Below are positions 55,707 through 64,000 of a stretch of DNA of 64,000 nucleotides, in pieces. The translations under genes and the position numbers were made by a program. The number at the start of each line of letters is the position of its first letter. Positions within the stretch are counted from its first letter, which is position 1. The notes under the pieces were generated by a model, which saw nothing but the letters and a program-made list of their open reading frames with translations, was not told where the DNA came from and did not search any database. The DNA is from a virus (taxonomy: Duplodnaviria > Caudoviricetes), in IMG/VR virus record IMGVR_UViG_3300047390_000093, positions 2,566-66,565 of that record. The stretch is one strand, 5' to 3'.

Positions 55707-58700
55707 TAACTTCTCCTTACACTGCTTTCAGTAGACATTACAGACAAAGCGTGTATTTCCAGTCTTGTTGTAGCCCCGGTTCCGTATACCTCTAATTCTA
55801 ACCATGTACCCCGTAATTCATTTGGCACTTGCCTAAAACCAACGGCCTTATCTTGATTTGCAAGTGTAGTGTATGTACCTGTTTGAGATACAAACTTATT
55901 GTTAGTCAGCTTCCATGTAAATTGAATAGCCGACGGTGTATAGTAATGCACGTTGACTTGATGAGGTCTATTCGTGCCATAATACGCAACACCTTCTGCA
56001 TATGTCTGTCCATACCTACGTGTAGTGATTTTCCAATCAATGCCTTGCAATGTGCCACTGAATGTTGGCCGGTCACTAAATCCTTCAAGTCTATAAATTT
56101 GACCATTAGATCCACCAACATACATGTCAGATACATCGTTAATGGAAGTACAGGACACTGCACTGCTTGCGTTCACCTGTATTGATGAAAACACGGGTAG
56201 CTTCCATTTAACCCATCCAGTAGTTCGTGTGTCGTAGATATACACAACGGTATTTGAATTTGCTGTAGATGCACCAGCAATAGGAGCAAATGCATACAAC
56301 CTTCGTTCGTGGGTCAGTAGAACTATGTCAGCATATGCAGCAGCACCAATGTAAGATGCTGATCCAGTTGGGCCATAATCCATAGAACGTGGATTCAATA
56401 CGCCTTCAAGTGGAAGGCTCATTGGCTCAATCTTAGTTCCATTCATCACGCTGATACCAGAACTAGATACGTGTAATGCTTGTCCAACTAGACTTGCAAT
56501 ACCTTTACTTGATAGTAAACCAGATCCCGGTTCACGAACAAACTGTTGTGCCTGAAATGACGTTGGATCAAATCCCATAACAGGAACAATGCTGTTTTCT
56601 CGATAGACGATTAATACAGCAGATGTATCACCACCAGCTGCAACAACATTATCTGGAGAGTAAGACAACAAGTTTACGATTTTCTCATTGTCGTCCTGTG
56701 AACCAATAGTCATAAACGCGCCTTTGATTGCCATGAAAGGATCTTGCACGTTAGGAATATTAGTTGTGTATACACCGTATTCGTTGTCTTTATTCAATGG
56801 CCATGACGCATATAGGCCATTGTCCTTAGATGTAAATAGGCGTTGCTTGTGGTTTGCAATGGTTGATAAACCAGTTGGTAATTGATCTCGTCCAACATGA
56901 TTAAACATGCCGGGGCGACCGACATTTGTAGGATAAAGAATGTCAGTATCTTTTACGTCATCATAAATTGTGTATGTTGCTGTATTAGTTGCCCAGCTGA
57001 CATCAAATGTTACAGAGTCGCTATTTACAAGTGTTGATGTAACGTAATCAAATACCTTTGCCGATTGCCCTGTATATGACGCACCTGTTCCAAGATTAGT
57101 AGGAATCATTGCAATGAGACGTGGCATACCATCCGTAAACAATGTGTCGCATCTGCGATAAACCAATATGTAGTCGTACGTATAGTCAGTTGTAGACGTT
57201 CGTAATCCAGTATCAGAGAACGTAATCCTACTTCTTGAATATGCAACTGAAGATTCAACTTCACTACTAAATTCACAAGGTGTTGTTTCAATACCTTCGC
57301 CCGGCGGAGCAACTATATTGTATGCAGATGATGCTCTCCAAGCAGCTGGAGCAGCTTTCCATCTAGTGTAAATGTATTTGTATTGATTATCAGGAGCAAG
57401 TCCTCCTTGTACAACAACATCTCCTAAACCAACAAGCACAGCGTCATTTGCTACATCTGGAATATCTTCGTCAAAGCGTAAATAAACAGAGTTAACGGCA
57501 TCACGTGATGCAGGAGGAATTGGAAATAGTTGAAACTCTAGGAATCTAGTACGAGCATTGTAAACAGCTTGCCCAGACCAAGCAATAGTTGCACCTTCTT
57601 TAATGCCAATACTTATAGGCATTTCAACTGTTCGTATATTTGGATGCAATTCAGCACGTATGCCTAGGCCGGGTTTTAACGACAAGTCTACTGTAGACGG
57701 AAGTGTTAATTTGATAAGTCTGTTTTGCACATACCCACCATATAAACCACTTACATTGCTGTTGACTTGAGTTGCCTTGAATCCAGCTAATCCTAAGTCT
57801 GTTGTGGTTGCATTGTCATTTGCACTAGATAAAACAGAATGCACCTGCACGTTATCAACTAAAACGCCGGGATCACCCTCACGAGACCAACCACTATTTG
57901 CAATCTGTACCTGAATAGCTTGTAGTGTTCCTTCAAATTCTCTAAAATCTACAACATATTCAAAAGCAATCCAGTCAGATAATGTTTGTTTAGGTGCTGG
58001 ATCAGCAGTAGCCGTAAATAACGCTCCTGTGATTTTATTGCCACCAGCAATTGTTGTGCTGTTATATCCTTGTACTGCTATGTTTAAATACTGACCGTTA
58101 AATGGTTTAGTATCGTCGTAGTTCATTAACCAAAACTTTAACCTAAGTAACCCATTTACCTTTGGTGTACTTCCGTCTTGTGTATAGGTCGGTAAACTTG
58201 TTACATTCTGTATTAGGTAGTCTTGCGGTTGATTAATTTGCGCAACCCAACCAGTCGTTCTGTTATCAGAACCTACAGACACAGTACCCTTTGATCCACC
58301 CCATGGTAATTGTTTTAATATAACGTCTTGCCCACTGCCAGTTCCAATGGATGGGTCTCCTGCATTGACGTTCCAGTTAGCTGCTGTTGACCCACTGTTA
58401 GTAGCAAACAAGTTGTTTAGTATCCGGTTGTTAGATGGCGTAGTAAACGAACCAAACGTTGCGTTTGTTGCAACATCACCATATGTACCGGATGTGTATG
58501 ACTTTACAGCTTTGACAATTCCGGCAGCACTAGGCTTAGTAGATGTTGGGCCAGATACAGTTGGTAAAGATGCAGCAATAGTTCCATTAGTACGAAATAA
58601 ACTAAACGTAGATCCACTACCACCAACACCATATATGTATCTCCCGTACTGAGTCATACGAACAAGTTTCCCCGCAGAGGGGAAACTGAACGACGCACCT

Positions 58701-59038
58701 GTAGTCTGATCAGTCAACTCGGTTTCTGTTGCTGGAGCACCTGATGGATCAGTCGTATACAGCTTTCCATTCTTGGCGTAAACCAATTTACTGACAGTTG
58801 CTGAACTCTTAAGTGCTGTTAATTCGTATACAGGGTTAGCATTAAAAGTGTTCATGATTCCACGGAAACCATTTCGCAGCACTGGCGAGTTTCCGTCAAT
58901 CATCATGTTTTCAATATTTTGTGCGTATCCATCTTTCAACTTGTTTGGCTGAATACGTGTATCCATACCAATCCACGTAACGTCACCAAGTACGTAAGAT
59001 TGTTGGTTATTCATTGCCCGTATAGCCATTACATACAC
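55706..59038 (-). CDS. tail hub/stabilisation protein (P22 gp10 / T7 gp12-like) with large insertion
   Basis: N-terminal WIGMDT...AQNIENM...LRNG, propeller-like blades, RLFTS...Y.S, YIYDTRTTGW, C-terminal ITTRRYG...RGTWLELEV. Confidence 0.7.
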   Translation of the reverse strand: MYVMAIRAMNNQQSYVLGDVTWIGMDTRIQPNKLKDGYAQNIENMMIDGNSPVLRNGFRGIMNTFNANPVYELTALKSSATVSKLVYAKNGKLYTTDPSGAPATETELTDQTTGASFSFPSAGKLVRMTQYGRYIYGVGGSGSTFSLFRTNGTIAASLPTVSGPTSTKPSAAGIVKAVKSYTSGTYGDVATNATFGSFTTPSNNRILNNLFATNSGSTAANWNVNAGDPSIGTGSGQDVILKQLPWGGSKGTVSVGSDNRTTGWVAQINQPQDYLIQNVTSLPTYTQDGSTPKVNGLLRLKFWLMNYDDTKPFNGQYLNIAVQGYNSTTIAGGNKITGALFTATADPAPKQTLSDWIAFEYVVDFREFEGTLQAIQVQIANSGWSREGDPGVLVDNVQVHSVLSSANDNATTTDLGLAGFKATQVNSNVSGLYGGYVQNRLIKLTLPSTVDLSLKPGLGIRAELHPNIRTVEMPISIGIKEGATIAWSGQAVYNARTRFLEFQLFPIPPASRDAVNSVYLRFDEDIPDVANDAVLVGLGDVVVQGGLAPDNQYKYIYTRWKAAPAAWRASSAYNIVAPPGEGIETTPCEFSSEVESSVAYSRSRITFSDTGLRTSTTDYTYDYILVYRRCDTLFTDGMPRLIAMIPTNLGTGASYTGQSAKVFDYVTSTLVNSDSVTFDVSWATNTATYTIYDDVKDTDILYPTNVGRPGMFNHVGRDQLPTGLSTIANHKQRLFTSKDNGLYASWPLNKDNEYGVYTTNIPNVQDPFMAIKGAFMTIGSQDDNEKIVNLLSYSPDNVVAAGGDTSAVLIVYRENSIVPVMGFDPTSFQAQQFVREPGSGLLSSKGIASLVGQALHVSSSGISVMNGTKIEPMSLPLEGVLNPRSMDYGPTGSASYIGAAAYADIVLLTHERRLYAFAPIAGASTANSNTVVYIYDTRTTGWVKWKLPVFSSIQVNASSAVSCTSINDVSDMYVGGSNGQIYRLEGFSDRPTFSGTLQGIDWKITTRRYGQTYAEGVAYYGTNRPHQVNVHYYTPSAIQFTWKLTNNKFVSQTGTYTTLANQDKAVGFRQVPNELRGTWLELEVYGTGATTRLEIHALSVMSTESSVRRS

Positions 59039-59319
59039 CCCTTGCGAGTAAACTGTTTACTCAGTGTTCCTTCTTGTTTATAAAATCGTGGCTCATACCC
59101 AAACCTATAAAGCCTAAACATTGGTATCGTAAATGGCAAACTGGCCTTAGACGCTTCGCAAGTATCAACAAGCCAAGAATTAACAAGAGTACCTTCACGA
59201 TTGTATTCAGTGCAAGGACATCCCGGATTTGGAGGCTCTGGAGGCTCTGGACCGGAACCTCCGGGGGCAGATAATCCACCAACCCATATGAAAAATGGTG
59301 ACCTAAATCCAGCTGCCAT
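59029..59319 (-). CDS. small tail-region protein with Pro linker
   Basis: GPEPPEPPNPG linker and a duplicated Y-x-x-EGTL motif. Coupled at both ends. Confidence 0.6.
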   Translation of the reverse strand: MAAGFRSPFFIWVGGLSAPGGSGPEPPEPPNPGCPCTEYNREGTLVNSWLVDTCEASKASLPFTIPMFRLYRFGYEPRFYKQEGTLSKQFTRKGCM

Positions 59320-61094
59320 TAGACTGGGTCAATCCCTGTGACTGGATCTGCTGTAGGACTAGTTGTAAGGTTTGCAGTCCAAGCTACACCAGTAGTCAAG
59401 TTATCCGTTTCATCAGTAACAGTTAATACGCTACCAGTAATAGATGTCCTATTTCTCAAGGGACGCAATGCACTAGTTACCGTTCGCCCACCATCGGCTC
59501 CACCGGCAATAGACCTACCAAGTAACTTATCTGCAATCGCGCTACGCAAGTGTACGTGCATTGGTAAAATCATAAACTCGTCACCTACAACAGGCTGCTG
59601 GTGAAGTGGTTCGTCAAACACCAAGTTGCCAGATGCGTTAGATGATGAGATTACAGTACACGAACCAGCAATACTTGATCCCCTTAAGAAAATTACAGTT
59701 TGATCATTAAACGCACTATTGACATATCCGGTTAAAGATGTTTTAGCGGTAGTTGTAGTTGGAGCTGGAGATGCTTGCACTGTACCAAATACCGAACAAT
59801 ATCCCTTAGCAAGCAACGCCATGACATCAACCATTGTGTAAGCGCTGAATTGACCGTACGTAGCAGAGTCTGAAGTAAAAATAGATGTCCATACGTCATA
59901 TGGTACATTTTGAACGTCACTTTGAACTTGACCAGTCCTGCTTAGATTATCTCGTAGATATCCACCAGCAGTAGTTGCAACTGGATAAGTAATTGCACTA
60001 CCAATATCTGTCAACCAAGGGTTACCCGCAGCGCCAGCATTTTTAAGATATGTACCAGCAAGACCTGCTGTTACATAAGCACTAACATTGTAATCCCAAA
60101 TTTCTTGGACAGCAGTAGCGGCAAGTTCAGCATTAGTAATTGCATCTGAAGCAATAACAGTAGATGTAATTGCATCTGCTGCAAACCGTATTTTATTACC
60201 GAGTGCAGCAGCAGATTGAATGACAAGTGCGTCATCGGCAAATTTAGCAGCTGTAATAGCGTCAGCAGCAATAGCAGTAGCAGTTATGGCTCCATTAGAC
60301 ATTGATGCTACAACATGACCGTTAGCAGTATTGACAGATGATGGTCGGTTAGCAGCAACAGTACGCATCACCTTTGTGCCATACGTATCTGTACCTAGCG
60401 TTTCGTTAGATCCAGCAGTTGCATATGTGGCAACCTGTGCATTCCACACATCATTTGCAACCGAACCAGCAATAATACGTCCTTCAGAAGGAGTTCCATC
60501 TGTACTAAGCCTGATTGTAATTGCACTGTTTGCAATGGCATCTGCATCAATAGCGTCAGTAGCAATAGCCGCTGCGTTAATAGCGTTAGCCGCAATAGTC
60601 CCTACACCTACGTTATTGGTCACGTTTGTGGTTGTAAATACTGTTGTTGCTGCCAATCCAACTGTAGAACCTTGATTGCCTACATTTCCCCAGTCAACAC
60701 CAGCCTCGCCGTTTACGTTGACATCAAGAGTATTGCCAGCAGTTGTTGGATAAAGCGATGCTTGGCTACGTAAGGTAAATCGACCAATACAAGAGCCAAC
60801 AACACTGACAGAGTCAACTGTACCAGTGGTGATAACGCACTCAAATTCACCGCCATTAGCATAAAACGCTGCGTCAGTTGCAGTCGTTATCCTAACGTGA
60901 TGCATTCCTGCAACACCGTCAAAGTCAACTGTAAGCGTTACACCCGCAGTAGATTGAGTAAGGTCGTTGTCTTTATATACAGATACAACAGGACTTCCGG
61001 CAAGCGTAAATGGCGCACCTGTAGATGGGCGGAATGTAGTGAACTTAAAATCTACAATGCTTGACGCACTGAAATCACCTAGATATTTACTCAT
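59319..61094 (-). CDS. tail fibre/appendage protein with pentapeptide repeats
   Basis: Ig-like N-domain, (A/I)xxxA pentads, W-containing repeats, C-terminal module shared with ORF 62471. Confidence 0.6.
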   Translation of the reverse strand: MSKYLGDFSASSIVDFKFTTFRPSTGAPFTLAGSPVVSVYKDNDLTQSTAGVTLTVDFDGVAGMHHVRITTATDAAFYANGGEFECVITTGTVDSVSVVGSCIGRFTLRSQASLYPTTAGNTLDVNVNGEAGVDWGNVGNQGSTVGLAATTVFTTTNVTNNVGVGTIAANAINAAAIATDAIDADAIANSAITIRLSTDGTPSEGRIIAGSVANDVWNAQVATYATAGSNETLGTDTYGTKVMRTVAANRPSSVNTANGHVVASMSNGAITATAIAADAITAAKFADDALVIQSAAALGNKIRFAADAITSTVIASDAITNAELAATAVQEIWDYNVSAYVTAGLAGTYLKNAGAAGNPWLTDIGSAITYPVATTAGGYLRDNLSRTGQVQSDVQNVPYDVWTSIFTSDSATYGQFSAYTMVDVMALLAKGYCSVFGTVQASPAPTTTTAKTSLTGYVNSAFNDQTVIFLRGSSIAGSCTVISSSNASGNLVFDEPLHQQPVVGDEFMILPMHVHLRSAIADKLLGRSIAGGADGGRTVTSALRPLRNRTSITGSVLTVTDETDNLTTGVAWTANLTTSPTADPVTGIDPV

Positions 61095-62194
61095 CTGATG
61101 TACCCCGCCATTGGATTAGCTGCTAAACCACCACCGCCAGCAGAAACTGTAGTTACACTATCAAAATCAAGAGCCATCCACGGACGCTGTAGCGTAAACT
61201 CTGTGACCGCATTAGTCGTAAAGTCTACATAAGCGTAACTACCTTGTGAAGGACCCCTCGTCCACCAATTCCAATGACTTACAGCATTTACACTTTGTAA
61301 AAACAAAACAACATCATATTGTTTTCTGAATCCTACAAATAGTTTTGTATTTGTAGGCACTGTAACATTGCTCGGAAACATTAAGTCGTTCCACGCAGAC
61401 CATTCATTGTTATTATTACTTTGTAACAGCGCACCATTAGGAACAATGTCAAACGTACTTATAGGTGTCAGTGTACTTCCAACAATACTTCCTATGCGAC
61501 ATGATATTCCGCCAGCATTGTTGGTGTTTCCTTTGAATATAGCACGAACACCGCTTAGTGTTGCATTTGTTAAAGTTGCATCACCACCTAATGTAAAAAC
61601 TGCACCGTGATACTGATTATTAGTGCCATCGTATTGCGCCCAGCCTTGATAGATATGTCCGTACCATAAAGAACTTATTTGATACCCATAAACATTTCTA
61701 TCCCAGTTGTTAAATCCGCCTACAAGACTCCACGCAGTTCCTGACCACGAATATTGATGCGGCTCTGATATATATCGGTCTACGGCGTTTATAAATGTGC
61801 CTAAAGTAAATGGTGTTCCAGTAACATATTCCACAACCCACGCATACGATTCACCTCGTGTAACCGAACCTGAAACTGTAGTAGTAATTTCTTGAGTTGT
61901 TTGACTGTGTGTTGTGTTGACCCACGCCAGATCTCCGTAAGCAACCCACGTTCCTGTAGGCAATCCAGTACTAGCGGTTACTGTCTGTATACCAACTCGT
62001 ACAGTTCCAGAACCCGGTGCTTGCGTTCCAGTGTAAATCAGTACTTTAGATACTACGCCTGTTGCTTCCGCACGAAATCTGTGACCCCATTTAGTTGTCG
62101 ATTGTATTACAAACGTTTGCCAGCTCCGGTTATCGCTGATTCCGAACCTATATGGAAGCATTTCAACTGTGTGCTTATAAGGTACAACTGCCAT
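61091..62194 (-). CDS. putative receptor/carbohydrate-binding protein (two jelly-roll, DUF4082-like repeats)
   Basis: GHRFRA...VSKVLIY and GAVFTL...LSGVRAI halves. W/Y/T-rich. Confidence 0.5.
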   Translation of the reverse strand: MAVVPYKHTVEMLPYRFGISDNRSWQTFVIQSTTKWGHRFRAEATGVVSKVLIYTGTQAPGSGTVRVGIQTVTASTGLPTGTWVAYGDLAWVNTTHSQTTQEITTTVSGSVTRGESYAWVVEYVTGTPFTLGTFINAVDRYISEPHQYSWSGTAWSLVGGFNNWDRNVYGYQISSLWYGHIYQGWAQYDGTNNQYHGAVFTLGGDATLTNATLSGVRAIFKGNTNNAGGISCRIGSIVGSTLTPISTFDIVPNGALLQSNNNNEWSAWNDLMFPSNVTVPTNTKLFVGFRKQYDVVLFLQSVNAVSHWNWWTRGPSQGSYAYVDFTTNAVTEFTLQRPWMALDFDSVTTVSAGGGGLAANPMAGYIR

Positions 62195-62461
62195 TTAGAT
62201 TGCCTTTACCCATAAGTCATTAGGATCCGAACATGACAGAGAGACAGTTTTACCTGCAATACTTTCTTGAGTGTAATCAAGTAAAGCCATTAATTTAAGT
62301 GTAGGTAACCAAACCCCGTCATTACTTAAATACGATTCTAATGTTGCAAAGTCTGTAAAAGTCATACCCGTTTCAGGGCTATCACTAAAGAATGCTGTAA
62401 TTTGACCATCCTGTGATACGTCTACACTTAACAACTGTACTTGTACATTTACAAATGGCAT
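62195..62461 (-). CDS. small hypothetical tail-region protein
   Basis: SD AGGAG, operon context. Confidence 0.65.
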   Translation of the reverse strand: MPFVNVQVQLLSVDVSQDGQITAFFSDSPETGMTFTDFATLESYLSNDGVWLPTLKLMALLDYTQESIAGKTVSLSCSDPNDLWVKAI

Positions 62462-62470
62462 TACGTCTCC

Positions 62471-64000
62471 TTATACCGGATCTACCGTCACGTCAGCTGT
62501 ATTCGACAACGATCCAGTCCACGCTACCGCTGAGTCATCCTCTTTGTATACACTCATTGTGCCTGTACCTACAGACACCTTATTACGCATTGCTCGCAAT
62601 GCAGATCGTACAGTACGCTCGTTTAACGTACCAGCGTTAGCACCGCCACCGATGTCTGCACTTAGAATCTCGTTTGCAACAGATTGCAGCTTGATCGTCA
62701 TCACCGCGCCGTTAGTACCTGCAGCACCCTTTACAACAACTGTCACATCATCTGCCCCTGCCGCTATTGCGGCATTAGGTAGATCTAAACGGTAAACACC
62801 CGGCATCGTGCTTGCGTTAACTTCTTTAAATCCGCCAGACACCCAACCGTCAGTCATAAGTGATAAAGACACTAGGGTAATAGGTACGGCTAGACTACGT
62901 GTACGGTTAAATGTAGCTGACAGCCCAGCTGTAGATGCTGTAAGCCCTGTAACACCAAGATACAACTCAATGCTTTGTGATGTGCTACCGGGAACTATTG
63001 TTATTGCACTAGAGTTGCGCTCGGTAGGATTATATAAACCAGTCGCAGTCAAACTATAGTCGTTATAAGCACCAATATGTGGTGTGCCGTTTCCTGACCA
63101 AGGGTTGCCATATATATCAGTTGTTGGTACACCAGTTGCGCTATATCCCGGTTGACCAGCAAGTGCAGGAATAACAGTTGTTCCAGTTAGTGTTCCTGCG
63201 TTTTCCAAGTACACACCATAACCATTGCGTTCGTAGTTAGGACTAATACCAAATAGTCTATTTTCACTTATAGATTGTAAGTTGTATGGAGAAATGTAAT
63301 TGATTCCATATCCTGTATAAGTAAATGAATTAGTTTGAATCCACGCCGAATTTTCAATAGCATTACCCGTAGAAACAGTGCTCGCACCTTGTGTAAGAAT
63401 CCAAGTAGAACCTGCCGGACGAAGACCTGAATGCAAGTTAACACAATTTTTTGCGATAATGTTTCCTTTACTATTACTTGCAGAGACAGAGGTAGAGTCA
63501 CAGTTGACCATATAAATGCCTCTTGGGCCAACTGCACCACCAGTGTTTAATGAAATACCAAAACCAACGCACCTATCAAGTGTAATATTGTAATCATAGT
63601 TTGACCCAGTAGCTGCAAAACTTGTATTGTCCGCCAAGAACCCACTATTACCGGCCCACATCATACATTTTGTAAATAAATAATTTCTTGAAGCAAGTAT
63701 GTATGCACCAGTATTAACTACGCTTATTGCAGTGTTTTGCTGAAAAGACGTACCTGCCCATATACATTTATCAAACTTTAAATCAGTTGTGTTTGCCAGC
63801 AACATTATTGTTCCGTTTACAACTGCTGTTTCAAAAATTAAACTTTCAAAAATCAAGTTACTTTTTAATGTTATTGATATTAATATTCCACTTCCAACAC
63901 TAGTGCTTACATCTGATGTTGAACGGTTAGAAATTAATACTCTTCCAGCAGTAACTCCCGTAAATTGACTGCCTGTAGGATTGCCAATAATACGTGTAGT
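62471..64000 (-). CDS. tailspike-like beta-helix protein (5' end beyond window)
   Basis: Frame is open to the window edge. Repeating (F/I)xxC rungs (FDKC, FTKC, LDRC, MVNC, AKNC), then an Ig-like domain and the shared C-terminal module. Confidence 0.65.
   Translation of the reverse strand, partial: TTRIIGNPTGSQFTGVTAGRVLISNRSTSDVSTSVGSGILISITLKSNLIFESLIFETAVVNGTIMLLANTTDLKFDKCIWAGTSFQQNTAISVVNTGAYILASRNYLFTKCMMWAGNSGFLADNTSFAATGSNYDYNITLDRCVGFGISLNTGGAVGPRGIYMVNCDSTSVSASNSKGNIIAKNCVNLHSGLRPAGSTWILTQGASTVSTGNAIENSAWIQTNSFTYTGYGINYISPYNLQSISENRLFGISPNYERNGYGVYLENAGTLTGTTVIPALAGQPGYSATGVPTTDIYGNPWSGNGTPHIGAYNDYSLTATGLYNPTERNSSAITIVPGSTSQSIELYLGVTGLTASTAGLSATFNRTRSLAVPITLVSLSLMTDGWVSGGFKEVNASTMPGVYRLDLPNAAIAAGADDVTVVVKGAAGTNGAVMTIKLQSVANEILSADIGGGANAGTLNERTVRSALRAMRNKVSVGTGTMSVYKEDDSAVAWTGSLSNTADVTVDPV

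Noticed and set aside
1-64000. Alternative genetic code
   Set aside because: Conserved genes and multi-kb ORFs are intact in code 11, and TAA, TAG and TGA all occur at expected gene ends.
1-64000. CRISPR array, DGR or insertion element
   Set aside because: No spaced direct-repeat array, reverse transcriptase, TR/VR pair or transposase motifs seen.

Overview
Near-complete genome segment of a dsDNA tailed phage (Caudoviricetes) with podovirus/P22-like gene order. No integrase, repressor switch or DNA polymerase is visible. Two divergent arms start from a structured non-coding switch at about 22050-22400. The minus-strand arm runs 22049 down to 1: dUTPase, two tRNAs, phosphoesterase, SNase, ThyX, SSB, small basic proteins, a 1795-aa orphan, TerS, TerL, portal, scaffold, major capsid, decoration, two adaptors and a holin-like gene. 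It appears to continue from beyond 64000 down to 38142 (tailspike/fibre genes, tail hub, ejection-like proteins including a 4534-aa giant, CHAP endolysin); that link assumes a circular or permuted map. The plus-strand arm (22402-38159) holds about 30 small early orphans, then VRR-NUC, an annealase, Gam, an LmbU-like regulator, an HTH initiator, a loader and DnaB. The most unusual signals are non-coding: (i) a twice-repeated 41-nt element folding into a compact H-type pseudoknot between a stop codon and a weak SD; (ii) a ladder of terminators in the first early genes preceded by tandem hairpins; (iii) a tRNA-Leu(UAA) fused directly to the thyX SD; (iv) a ribbon-helix-helix gene nested in another reading frame. 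All family assignments come from motif recognition by eye, not database searches.
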